Positions 39,775 through 49,365 of a stretch of 64,000 bases of DNA are shown in pieces (the first letter of the stretch is position 1; each line of letters opens with the position of its first letter). The position numbers and the translations under genes are program-made. The DNA is from Gammaproteobacteria bacterium (GTDB lineage Bacteria > Pseudomonadota > Gammaproteobacteria > Eutrophobiales > Eutrophobiaceae): the NCBI GenBank assembly GCA_965222155.1, contig CBDCTH010000012.1, forward strand, positions 1,856,001-1,920,000, written 5' to 3'. The notes beneath the pieces were generated by a model. That model saw only the letters and a program-made list of their open reading frames with translations. It was not told the DNA's origin and searched no databases.

Positions 39775-41889
39775 TACCAGGCTGTCAAACACCCTCGGGG
39801 CATGCCCCATGTCGGCAAAGTCCGCGGACGAAACGACGTTGGCGGTACCATTGTTCAACTGCCGCCAGTAGCCCAGGGATGACACCACCAGACCGGCATT
39901 GACATCGTCAGTGACCTTGGCCGCGACCTCGAAGGCGCCCCGATCATTAAAGACGCGCACGTGGTCTCCTTCACTGATACCCCGCGCCTCGGCATCCGTT
40001 TCGCTGATCATCACGAACTGCTCGCCCTGTCTCTTGATCTTGTTATCCATGTTTGCATAGCAGGAGTTCAGGAAGCCATGACTCTTCGGAGCTATGATAT
40101 TCAGAGGGTATTTCTCTGCCAGTTCCGGGTTGGTCTCGGGCGCTTCCTTTGACGGCACATAATCAGGCAGACTGTCCAGCGGTTCGCTGTTGCCCGGTTG
40201 CATATCCTCGTACATCTGCCGGAATGGCGCGATGACAAAATTGCCGTTGGCGGCAGTTTCCGAGAAAAATTCACACTTGCCTGATGGGGTGGGGAAATTG
40301 CCCTCCTTATGCGGCGCCCGCTCATGCGGTTCGCCAATCTTGATGCGTGCAAAACCGTGATCGCGCAGGTAATCCACATTAATGCCCTCACAGGCCGGCG
40401 CATCCCAGTCAACAAAACGCTCCAGGCATTCACTGTCAGACCACTTGAAGCGGTCTTCATCAAAGCCCATGCGCGCGGCCAGGTGGTTGAAGATATCGTT
40501 ATTGGACAAAACCTCGCCGGGTAGTTCTGCACACTTGGTATTGTAGGTAAGATAGTTGTGCCCCCAAGACAGGATGATATCTTCCATTTCCGCCCCCATG
40601 GCAGCAGGCAGGACGATATCCGCATAGGCCGCCGTATCGGAGATAAAATGCTCGGCTGAGACCGTGAACAGGTCTTCACGCTCCAGTCCCTTGATTATCT
40701 TGTCACTCTCAGGGGCCTGGGTAACCGGGTTCGAGTTCCAGCACATCAGGGACATGACAGGCGGATCCAGGTCCATTTCGCCGGTCAGCGCCCGGCCTAT
40801 CTGCAGGTTGTTGATAACCCGCGTGCCTTCCGGAATAAGTTGAGGTTGCGATATCACGTCCAGCTTGTAGGGATGTTCCCAGAACGTCATCTGGTAAATA
40901 CCACCTCCTACCTCGCGCCAGGCGCCGGTCAGGGACGGCAGACAACTGATGGCCCGTATCGCCTGGCCGCCGCCCCAGTTTCTCTCCACCGCAACGCCGA
41001 TACGAATGGCGGCAGGGTTGTTGGCGGCATATTCACGCGCCAGGGTGCGGATATCATCGGCACTGATGCCCGTGATCTCAGCAGCCCATTCCGGCGTGCG
41101 CGTCTTGGCCCTCTCTGCCAGTTCCTTATAGCCCACGGTGTAGTTATCCACGTAATCCTGATCAAGCAGGTTCTCATCGATAATGGTATGGATCATCGCC
41201 ATGGCCAGGGCGCCGTCGGTACCGGGACGTATTGTTATATGCCAGTCGGCCTGCCTGGCGGTACGTGAACGATAGGGGTCAATCACGATCAGTTTGGCCC
41301 CTTTGTCTTTGGCCTCCTTGACAAAATGCCAGGCGTGCAGGTTGGTGCTTACACTGTTGCAACCCCATAGAATAATGTATTTGGAATAGGTAAAACTTTC
41401 CGGGTCAACGCCGCTGGTGGGCCCGTTGGTCAGTACCCAGGCCGTTGCCGACCCCTCGCCGCAGAATGTGCGCTCACAAACCGTCGCGCCCAGCTTGTTG
41501 AAAAAGGCATCCCCGCCATTCAAACCATGTATCAGTCCCTGGTGTCCGAGGTAACTGTACGGGACGATCGCCTGGGTGCCATATTCATCGATGATGTCTT
41601 TCCAGCGGCTGATCACTTCATCCAGCGCCTCATCCCAGGAAACGCGCTCGAATTGTTTACTGCCCTTCGGGCCGGTCCTGCGCAAGGGGTGGAGAACGCG
41701 ATCAGGATGGTAATGGCGTTTCTCATAATCATCGAGCTTTACGCACAAACCACCCCGCGTCATGGGATGCTCCTTATTCCCGTGCACACCGGTAAGTTTG
41801 CCGTCCTCTACTTCGAATACCATGGAACAGGTATCGGGACAATCATGCGGGCAACCGCCGTAATAAGTTTCTTTCAGTTGTGCAGCCAT
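39754..41889 (-). CDS. Molybdopterin (bis-MGD) oxidoreductase of unknown specificity
   Basis: CPHDCPDTC...GGLC Fe-S motif, SWDEALD, RPGTDGALA, TAAYADIVLP, C-terminal MopB domain; RBS GGAGGT before ATG 41889. Confidence 0.92.
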   Translation of the reverse strand: MAAQLKETYYGGCPHDCPDTCSMVFEVEDGKLTGVHGNKEHPMTRGGLCVKLDDYEKRHYHPDRVLHPLRRTGPKGSKQFERVSWDEALDEVISRWKDIIDEYGTQAIVPYSYLGHQGLIHGLNGGDAFFNKLGATVCERTFCGEGSATAWVLTNGPTSGVDPESFTYSKYIILWGCNSVSTNLHAWHFVKEAKDKGAKLIVIDPYRSRTARQADWHITIRPGTDGALAMAMIHTIIDENLLDQDYVDNYTVGYKELAERAKTRTPEWAAEITGISADDIRTLAREYAANNPAAIRIGVAVERNWGGGQAIRAISCLPSLTGAWREVGGGIYQMTFWEHPYKLDVISQPQLIPEGTRVINNLQIGRALTGEMDLDPPVMSLMCWNSNPVTQAPESDKIIKGLEREDLFTVSAEHFISDTAAYADIVLPAAMGAEMEDIILSWGHNYLTYNTKCAELPGEVLSNNDIFNHLAARMGFDEDRFKWSDSECLERFVDWDAPACEGINVDYLRDHGFARIKIGEPHERAPHKEGNFPTPSGKCEFFSETAANGNFVIAPFRQMYEDMQPGNSEPLDSLPDYVPSKEAPETNPELAEKYPLNIIAPKSHGFLNSCYANMDNKIKRQGEQFVMISETDAEARGISEGDHVRVFNDRGAFEVAAKVTDDVNAGLVVSSLGYWRQLNNGTANVVSSADFADMGHAPRVFDSLVQVERVA

Positions 41890-42063
41890 GGAACACCTCC
41901 CCTCTGGACTAATTAATTTAAATTTCCGGAATATTCCTGAAACAGATATTAGTATCACCGTATTATAGTATATAAATTAAAGTGTTTGGAAAATTTTGCA
42001 TTTGATTTTATCCGGTTTTTGTGAGTACTCTAAGCAGTCCTGAAAAAGGGAACATAATTCTCT

Positions 42064-42633
42064 ATGAAACGAATTATTATCGGTATGTCCGGGGCCAGCG
42101 GCCTGCCTTACGGTATCCGGCTGGTAGAAGTGCTGGCTGATTTGCCGGATATCGAAACCCACCTGATCATGACCAATGCGGCCAAGCTTAATATCGGTAT
42201 TGAAACGGAACACAGCGTCACCGACATAGAGGCGTTGGCGGACGTGGTCCATAGCGTAAAAGACGTTGCCGCCACCATCTCCAGCGGTTCTTTCAGGACC
42301 GACGGCATGATCGTCGCTCCCTGTTCCATGCGGACACTGTCAGCGATTGCCCACTCCTACGCCGACAACCTGCTGGTGCGAGCTGCCGACGTAGTCCTCA
42401 AGGAACGCCGGCGCCTGGTAATCATGCCCCGTGAAACGCCGTTGCATACGGGACACTGTAAATTATTCTACGATGCATCAGTCCTGGGAGCAATCATCGC
42501 CCCGCCCATCCCGGCGTTTTATAATCGACCCCAAACCATCGATGATATTGTCAACGCCAGTATAGGACGGGTGCTGGACTTGTTTGATATCGAACCCGGC
42601 ATCGTAAAACGCTGGGCGGGCGTGAAAAACTGA
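42064..42633 (+). CDS. ubiX: Flavin prenyltransferase
   Basis: GMSGASG, ISSGS, APCSM, RAADVVLKERR, RETP, PAFY. Confidence 0.96.
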   Translation: MKRIIIGMSGASGLPYGIRLVEVLADLPDIETHLIMTNAAKLNIGIETEHSVTDIEALADVVHSVKDVAATISSGSFRTDGMIVAPCSMRTLSAIAHSYADNLLVRAADVVLKERRRLVIMPRETPLHTGHCKLFYDASVLGAIIAPPIPAFYNRPQTIDDIVNASIGRVLDLFDIEPGIVKRWAGVKN

Positions 42634-42709
42634 CACATCGAACGATCTCCTCATACGATTATTCAGGAAAAGCAGGCAGATTTTATGTCCGGAAGAACCA
42701 TCGTATAGC

Positions 42710-44386
42710 ATGTCTGGATGCACAAATTATTTATCAATATCTTCCTTATTGCTATCACTTCTGCTGCTGGCGGGATGTGACAGCGACGGTCAACCTGACC
42801 CACTGAGCCGAAAAGACCCTCGCCCGAACATTTTACTCATTGTCGCGGATGATCTCGGTTATACCGACCTGGGGGTATATGGCGGTGAAATTGATACGCC
42901 ATACCTGGATCAATTAGCCCGCTCCGGGGTGATGTTCACTAATTTTCATGTCGCCGCCGTGTGTTCGCCGACCCGTTCGATGCTGCTGTCCGGCACGGAT
43001 AACCACCTCGCCGGTCTGGGCAATATGTATGAGGCCATGGCGCCAAATCAATCGGGCAAGCCGGGATATGAGGGCTACCTGAACTTCCGGGTTGTATCCC
43101 TGGCAACCCTGCTGCGTGACGCGGGCTATCACACCTATATGACCGGCAAGTGGCACCTGGGCAGGGAGAAGCAGCAGAGTCCGACAGCCCGCGGGTTTGA
43201 AAAGTCCTTTGTGTTGACCCATGGTGGCGGCGGCCACTTTGATGACCTGGGCATAAGCATGGACGACCAGGTCGCAGAGTATCGCAAAAACGGTGAACCG
43301 GTTGAATTACCGAAGGGGTTTTATTCGACGGAGTTCTATACCAGTGAACTTATCCGCTACATCGACGCGGATAAAAATGATGATAAACCGTTCTTTGCCT
43401 ACCTTGCCTACACTGCGCCCCATTGGCCATTACAGGCGCCGGATGCGTCCATTGCCAGACAAAAAGGCGCCTACGACGAAGGATACGACGTGATTCATGA
43501 ACGGCGGATAAAGCAATTAACAGCCAAAGGATTACTCAAGGAAGGGGTACAAATTGCCCCCCGTCTTCCCGGCGAACCGGCCTGGGATGAACTTGATGAA
43601 GATGAGAAGAAGATTGAGGCGCGCAAAATGGAGATTTATGCCGCCATGGTGAAGGATATGGATAGCCATATCGGGCGTTTATTGAAGCGCCTGGAGCAAT
43701 CCGGAGAACTGGATAATACATTCATCTATTTCATGTCGGATAACGGCGCAGAGGGAGCGCCCCTTGATGACTGGCCCGTGTTCGGCGACTGGATGGAGCA
43801 ATGCTGTGATAACAGTTACGAGAACATGGGCAGACCGGATTCTTATGTGTTTTACGGACAAAACTGGGGGCGGGTGAGTACCGGCCCTTTCCGGGCGTAT
43901 AAGGGCTTCACCTCCCAGGGAGGTATCCTGGTCCCCGCAATTGCCAGCTACCCCGGATATGTTGAACAAGGAAAAGTCAATCATGATTTTGTTTCCGTCC
44001 TGGACGTCATACCGACACTGCTGGAACTGGCTGAGACAGATCATCCCGGCACAAACTATCAGGGCAGGCAAATCTATCCGCTGGAAGGGAAGTCAATGAC
44101 GGCCATGTTGAAAGGGAATAGTGACAGGGTGCATGCACAGGATGATTGGATGGCATGGGAAATATTTGAGCGCCGGGCAGTATTACAGAACGAGTGGAAA
44201 ATGCTGATGATGGAGCATCCATGGGGAAACGGTCATTGGCAACTCTACGACTTGAAGGCAGACCCTGCAGAGCAGTTTGATTTAGCCGCGGAATACCCCG
44301 AACTGGTTGAGAGGATGGGCAGTTATTGGGAACAATACCAGTCAGAGGTGGGAATTATTCCAATGCAGGGTGGAACAAGGTTTTAA
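42710..44386 (+). CDS. Arylsulfatase (lipoprotein)
   Basis: LLAGC lipobox, ADDLG, CSPTR, GKWHLG, APHWP, SDNG. Confidence 0.93.
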   Translation: MSGCTNYLSISSLLLSLLLLAGCDSDGQPDPLSRKDPRPNILLIVADDLGYTDLGVYGGEIDTPYLDQLARSGVMFTNFHVAAVCSPTRSMLLSGTDNHLAGLGNMYEAMAPNQSGKPGYEGYLNFRVVSLATLLRDAGYHTYMTGKWHLGREKQQSPTARGFEKSFVLTHGGGGHFDDLGISMDDQVAEYRKNGEPVELPKGFYSTEFYTSELIRYIDADKNDDKPFFAYLAYTAPHWPLQAPDASIARQKGAYDEGYDVIHERRIKQLTAKGLLKEGVQIAPRLPGEPAWDELDEDEKKIEARKMEIYAAMVKDMDSHIGRLLKRLEQSGELDNTFIYFMSDNGAEGAPLDDWPVFGDWMEQCCDNSYENMGRPDSYVFYGQNWGRVSTGPFRAYKGFTSQGGILVPAIASYPGYVEQGKVNHDFVSVLDVIPTLLELAETDHPGTNYQGRQIYPLEGKSMTAMLKGNSDRVHAQDDWMAWEIFERRAVLQNEWKMLMMEHPWGNGHWQLYDLKADPAEQFDLAAEYPELVERMGSYWEQYQSEVGIIPMQGGTRF

Positions 44387-44407
44387 GTCGAGACAGGCAA
44401 CGATTAT

Positions 44408-44700
44408 TCAGGATGAACGAGCAGGTTTCATGGTTAAAAGCGCTGGTATCATTATTGCGTAACAGGCCAGGATGCAGACGATCGCGTACAGATTCACGCC
44501 GTTCAGTGTGTTCTCTGTAACGAATAATCCGGCAGTAGTCGGTGCGAGAGAACTGCCAATCACCAAAACAACTGCTGCAATGGGCATTATCGTTCGTGTT
44601 GCATCAAGTGCAGCAATGGATGCGTACAGGTAAGGAAGACCCAGCATCCAGGAAATGAAAAACAATGATGCGCCGATTGGATATAACCATATATAGCTGG
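44408..44700 (-). pseudogene. 3' fragment of an MFS-like membrane protein
   Basis: Three hydrophobic helices (FFISWMLGLPY...GSSLAPTTAG...) with no credible 5' end. Confidence 0.5.
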
Positions 44701-44856
44701 CCCCTGATAGATCTGCGCGTTGACTGGACAGACAATAATCCATTGGTCGAACTTCGGGACCTGTGGGACCGATATGCCCCGCAGGTGGATGATTATATAT
44801 CACGAGCAAACAACCCCTCGTCAGCGCCAGGTTATGGTGTCCCAGGTGAAGGATAA
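44692..44856 (+). pseudogene. 3' fragment of a DUF1028-like gene
   Basis: WPLIDLRVDW...PLVELRDLW...RANNPSSAPGYGVPGE resembles the DUF1028 C-terminus. Confidence 0.6.
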
Positions 44857-44892
44857 CGGCGCCGAGGGAGCGCCCCTTCTGTTGAAGCCAGC

Positions 44893-45327
44893 TCAGCTAC
44901 ACCGCGCGTCGCCGCCCTCATTACAACAAGTCCACCAGCGAAAGTAAGCGCTAGACTCTCCGTCGCCCATACCATGCCTCCACTTTTGATAAGCCGTTGC
45001 ATTATATGTGCCCCCAGGGTCGAGTGTAAAGAGCTCGTCCGAACCTTTATTGACAACGACTCTCACCTTTACGGGGTAACTGCATTGGTTCCTGGCATGA
45101 AGTTCCTTGGGGTACAGGCAGAGATTCGTGCTCGGGTGAGCACAACGTTTGGAGTCAATACGTCCACTGTCATAATTAATAAGTTTAAGCTTATAACAAG
45201 CGGGGGGCGCCCGGAACGAGGACCTGGAACACTCTGCGATACTCGCTGAGGTAAACAGGCACGACACCACAAACGCGCCAGCCAATGTAACCCACCGGAA
45301 GGGGGAGAGTTGAGTTATGTGCATCAT
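44893..45327 (-). CDS. Small secreted Cys-rich hypothetical protein
   Basis: RBS GGAGG, signal peptide ending ASIA, 8 Cys in the mature part. Confidence 0.7.
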   Translation of the reverse strand: MMHITQLSPFRWVTLAGAFVVSCLFTSASIAECSRSSFRAPPACYKLKLINYDSGRIDSKRCAHPSTNLCLYPKELHARNQCSYPVKVRVVVNKGSDELFTLDPGGTYNATAYQKWRHGMGDGESSAYFRWWTCCNEGGDARCS

Positions 45328-45487
45328 GATTGCCTCCGGTAATGATCTTAGTCATCTTGGATTGTTACAACAGTACCTTTTTGTCAAAACATGGTACTGT
45401 TCTCCTTCGATGCATCCTCTTCAGGAGTCAGTAACTGTGTAAAATGACACTGTTTTTATTATACCTTTTCCTAAGAGGTTTGTAAAG

Positions 45488-45527
45488 CCCAATGACAACA
45501 GCCCAATGACAACACCCAATGACAACA
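45488..45527 (+). repeat. 3 x CCCAATGACAACA tandem repeat
   Basis: Directly visible. Confidence 0.8.
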
Positions 45528-45573
45528 TCAGGGCAAACGCATACTTTTGAATTCAGATGTTTTTGCCCGATTC

Positions 45574-45670
45574 CGTCATTCTGGCGCAGGCCAGAATCCA
45601 GTGAATAACCCTTCATTACCCTGAGCATGCGCTGTTGTTTGACTGGATGCTGGCATTCGCCAGCATGACG
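45574..45670. repeat. REP-like doublet (CGTCATTC...GAATCCAG family)
   Basis: CGTCATTCTGGCGCAGGCCAGAATCCAG ... CTGGATGCTGGCATTCGCCAGCATGACG; relatives at 49809 and 52392. Confidence 0.8.
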
Positions 45671-45995
45671 GGCGGCGTTGTCCGGTTGGTTTCCTGTCTT
45701 CTGCAACAGAATCCAAAAGTATGCGGTTGCCCTGATGACAACATTGGTGTGTTGACAACATAACTTTGATCTTATATATTTCTGACTGTTTGGAGCCTTT
45801 GGCTGTACGTTTCTCCCGACACTTTCTGGAGGAGAAGCCGAACCCAAAGGCTATTTTATTAATATAGTTGATAACGGACTATTCGGAATGACTGGCCGGG
45901 CGAGCAAACCGTCCCAGCGGAAGAGCGACAGTGGGTTTTCGCTGTACCCAGGAAACCAAACAGGGTACTGATGAACCCTCAGTGCGTTGTGTCAA

Positions 45996-47441
45996 TCAGG
46001 CAAACAGGTTACCGGGGTCAAGCGCCTGTTTGAGCCTGCCGCGCAGTTCGGACATGCCGGCGTTGTCGTAGCCGGCCACCGCCCGATCCAGGTAACCGGT
46101 ACTGATATGGCTCACGCCGAAACCTCGTTTTGCCATGGTGTTTATAAGTGCATCAAGAGCAGCTACCGTCCTGGATTCAGCGGAAGTTTGATACGGTAAA
46201 TAAACCCGCTGGATGATGGAGCGCCAACCGACCGCGTACTCCGTCATATAATCAAATTCACTGCTGCGCACCGCGTTACTGACCAGCTTGTTCATCTTCA
46301 ACACCTGGCGGCCGTCAATTGGGGAGACAAACCCGGCATACAGGTACGCCTGGCCGGACCAGTTCTCCAGATGATTGAACTCCACCGAGGGCCGGCCGCG
46401 CATCATCTTCTCCCTGCCTGCCAATACCGGATTAGCCGCCTGGGTTTTCAAGTCGTGTACCGTGGCGCCTTGAATGCCGGCAAAAGCGCCTCTTACCATG
46501 GGCCATAACACATCGATGTTGGGCGGGGTGTTATACAAGGCGCCATACAAAGTCCACAGGCCCACACCATAATCTGCCGCCAACCGCTCCATATCGATTG
46601 TTTTGCCGTGGGCATAATCTTTCCGTGATGCGTATGGGCTCACGTCCAGTACCGGATTACTGATTACGACCGTATTCGGAATAATCATGTTGACCTTGAA
46701 TGAACGCAATATCTCCACCGCCTGGGCAAGATCACTGTCGCTTTTGAGAGTCACTGCAAACGGCTGGTATGCAGGTGGCGCCGGCATCAGCCATACGCCC
46801 ATTTTGGTCACGATGCCCAGGTTGGATTGCGTAAACAGGCCATCAAGGTAGGGGCCGTAGGCATATTTTGCCAGTTGCCAGGTGTTGCTCTTCGGCATGG
46901 CCCCCATACCCAGCCTCACCAGTTCGCCGTCAGCCAGCATGATCTCCATACCACATTGCATCATTGTGTGGTCTCCGTAGGCGGTATAGCCGAACTCCCG
47001 GGCGCTGATGCTGCCGGCGACCGAGTTCAAGCCGTTCCTGTCGCAATCCACCCACAGGCCGGTCCTGTTTTCCTGCAGGTAGTCATTTAACTGTATATAA
47101 CTCACGCCCGGTTCCACCAGGGCGTAAGCGGCCTTGTTATTTACCTCCACGATTTTATCCATCCGGGATTGATCGATAACCAGGACATCCTTATCCGTTA
47201 CCGTACTGACTATCCCCCCGTTAGCAGCGCTGTTGGGCAGCACCCATAGTGAGACATTGCTTCCGGCAGCAATTGTCAATACCGCCCGCAACTGTTCAAC
47301 GTCCTCAGGCAGGACCACGCCGACAGGTGTCTTGCCCAGCCGTGCATATCCCTCCTTGACGACAGTGGCGGCACCGGACAACACGGCGTCCTTACCCAGT
47401 TCGTTTTTCAGTTCCTTAATTAACTGCCTGGACATATTCAC
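45996..47441 (-). CDS. VAO/PCMH family FAD-binding protein, degenerate paralogue
   Basis: VEPGVSY, GYTAYGDH, GPYLDGLFTQSNLGIVTKMG, ALDPGNL; lacks the GYGG and YR motifs. Confidence 0.85.
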   Translation of the reverse strand: MNMSRQLIKELKNELGKDAVLSGAATVVKEGYARLGKTPVGVVLPEDVEQLRAVLTIAAGSNVSLWVLPNSAANGGIVSTVTDKDVLVIDQSRMDKIVEVNNKAAYALVEPGVSYIQLNDYLQENRTGLWVDCDRNGLNSVAGSISAREFGYTAYGDHTMMQCGMEIMLADGELVRLGMGAMPKSNTWQLAKYAYGPYLDGLFTQSNLGIVTKMGVWLMPAPPAYQPFAVTLKSDSDLAQAVEILRSFKVNMIIPNTVVISNPVLDVSPYASRKDYAHGKTIDMERLAADYGVGLWTLYGALYNTPPNIDVLWPMVRGAFAGIQGATVHDLKTQAANPVLAGREKMMRGRPSVEFNHLENWSGQAYLYAGFVSPIDGRQVLKMNKLVSNAVRSSEFDYMTEYAVGWRSIIQRVYLPYQTSAESRTVAALDALINTMAKRGFGVSHISTGYLDRAVAGYDNAGMSELRGRLKQALDPGNLFA

Positions 47442-47474
47442 ATCCTGTCTGGATACGGGGTTTGTCTGCCATTG

Positions 47475-47723
47475 TTATAATTCTGATGTTTCATCCACTT
47501 GCGCCGGCGGGATATTGTGTTTGTATTTTTCAGGGTGATCCGGGTCTGCTCGAAACCAGGCTTCCCGCTGCGTATAGTCTATGGATTCATCCGGTTCGCT
47601 ATCGCGCCAGGTGAACGAACAGCGCCGGCAGTGCAAAACGGCCCATACGATTTCATCCCCTTCCCTGCCCTGGTATTCGGTGCGCAGGTGTTCTTCGGCT
47701 GATCGGCAACGGGGGCAGTTCAT
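47475..47723 (-). CDS. Non-oxidative hydroxyarylic acid decarboxylase subunit D (VdcD/BsdD-like)
   Basis: CPRC...W..LHCRRCSFTWR..E...IPP; ATGA overlap with subunit C. Confidence 0.88.
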   Translation of the reverse strand: MNCPRCRSAEEHLRTEYQGREGDEIVWAVLHCRRCSFTWRDSEPDESIDYTQREAWFRADPDHPEKYKHNIPPAQVDETSEL

Positions 47724-49198
47724 CGGCTTTCCACCTCTTTTTGCAACTGCTGAATATATCTTGCAAGTTCATCAATTTCGGGTCCCCTGGGCGGCGATAC
47801 GATTTTTGCGTCACCACCGATGGGATCCGGCGGCATGAAACTGGTTGCGTCAATGATCAGACGATGTCCCTTGCCTGGGATTTCCGCAGCCGGGTCAATG
47901 TGCACCATTGGCATGTTAGGTATGACGATGATATCGGCGGCGCGGGTGCGCGTGGATAAGGCCCACATCACCTGGTTGAGATCAAAGGGATCGACGTCGT
48001 CGTCCACCATGATAAGATTTTTCAGGTACATCAGGCCGTGGGGTGTCCCCAGGGCGCGCATGGCAACCGATTTGGCAAAACCGGCAAATCGGTTCTTCAC
48101 TGAAATAATCCCAGTCAAACCGTGCTGGTACAAGGCGTTAACCGCAACGACTTCAGGAAAGTTTTCCTTTAACTGAGAGTAAATCGGTGCAGAGGTATTC
48201 AGCCCGATCAAAGTATCATGCTCGGTCCAGCCCTTGCCGATATAAATACTTTCAAAGATGGGATCGGTACGGTGGGATACGGCAGTCACCTGGAACAGGG
48301 GGACTCGACCAATACCACTGTAACTGCCCGGAAATTCTCCGAACGGCCCCTCCAGGCAGCGCTGGTTATTCAATAATTGCGCCTCTATCACCATTTCAGA
48401 GCCGGCGAGGATATCCAGACCATTGCCGGACCGGGTCAGGTCAATGGGGCTGCCCATCATCTGCGAGGCATAGGCAAACTCCGATTCATCGTAATTGACC
48501 GGGGTGGCCGCAAACATGGCCATGGCCGGGTGGTTGCCGATCATCACTGCGATCTTCAGCGGGACATCATCCTGTTCCGCCATGCGTATCTGTTGCGCCA
48601 TGTCATGGGACGGGACAGACAACAAGGTAAACATATCAGGACCCTGCACCTGGATACGGTATATCCCCACGTTCTGTTTGGCAAAATTATCCGGGTCGCG
48701 GGGATCGCGGCTGACGATATTGGCCTTGGCGATATAAAAACCACCATCCAGGGCGTTGATACGATACAACGGCAACAGGTCATACAGGTTGATATCAGCC
48801 TCAAGCCTGTTCTCATGCACCGCTGCATCTTCCGGTTTCACCCTGTTGATCAGCGGTCTGTCGGAGCCCCAACGGCCTGTGAGTTCGTAGAATAGTTCCT
48901 TGATACTGGTCCCTTTCGGCTTGCCCAGCAGGAGGGCTGTATTGGAAAAACTGCCATGTACACCTACCACGAGTCGTTTTCCGGGGTAACCGCGGATCTT
49001 ATCGAACAGGATGGCCGGACCGGACATCGCGTCGCGCCCTGCCGCAACAACAACCTTACGGATATCAGGCTCGGGCATGACCGCTTCCGGCCAGGTAATA
49101 CACTGGCCATGCTCGGATAATAGCTCAAGATAATCCCGTATATTCCGGACCCGTTCCGCTACGGCCCGGGCTTCGGCTGATAAAGTATTAGCCCGCAT
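47720..49198 (-). CDS. Non-oxidative hydroxyarylic acid decarboxylase subunit C (VdcC/BsdC-like UbiD)
   Basis: GVHGS, DGGFYI, QNVGIYR, EGPFGEFPGSY, GTPHG, DVDPFDLNQVMWALS. Confidence 0.92.
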   Translation of the reverse strand: MRANTLSAEARAVAERVRNIRDYLELLSEHGQCITWPEAVMPEPDIRKVVVAAGRDAMSGPAILFDKIRGYPGKRLVVGVHGSFSNTALLLGKPKGTSIKELFYELTGRWGSDRPLINRVKPEDAAVHENRLEADINLYDLLPLYRINALDGGFYIAKANIVSRDPRDPDNFAKQNVGIYRIQVQGPDMFTLLSVPSHDMAQQIRMAEQDDVPLKIAVMIGNHPAMAMFAATPVNYDESEFAYASQMMGSPIDLTRSGNGLDILAGSEMVIEAQLLNNQRCLEGPFGEFPGSYSGIGRVPLFQVTAVSHRTDPIFESIYIGKGWTEHDTLIGLNTSAPIYSQLKENFPEVVAVNALYQHGLTGIISVKNRFAGFAKSVAMRALGTPHGLMYLKNLIMVDDDVDPFDLNQVMWALSTRTRAADIIVIPNMPMVHIDPAAEIPGKGHRLIIDATSFMPPDPIGGDAKIVSPPRGPEIDELARYIQQLQKEVESR

Positions 49199-49350
49199 AT
49201 CTCACCTATGGACGCGAAGATCGCGCCGGATTTGTGCGGCTGGCGGGTGCCTGCGACCGAGAGCATAGTGGTGACTATGGTTGAGGGAGCACGTGCCCGC
49301 CAGCCGCACAAAGACAAGCGAGGGAGCATCCATAGGTGAGATATGCGGGC
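49191..49350. mobile_element. MITE, 160 bp
   Basis: TIRs GCCCGCATATCTCACCTATGGA / TCCATAGGTGAGATATGCGGGC; core shared with 57792 and 59486 copies. Confidence 0.85.
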
Positions 49351-49365
49351 TGGTTTCCATATCCA

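Noticed and set aside
45790-45990. Named riboswitch, 6S RNA or group II intron end
   Set aside because: Could not match any consensus I know; kept only as unassigned structure
49202-49204. Sec read-through from the uORF into vdcC
   Set aside because: The TGA is part of the MITE terminal repeat, with no Cys-type motif around it
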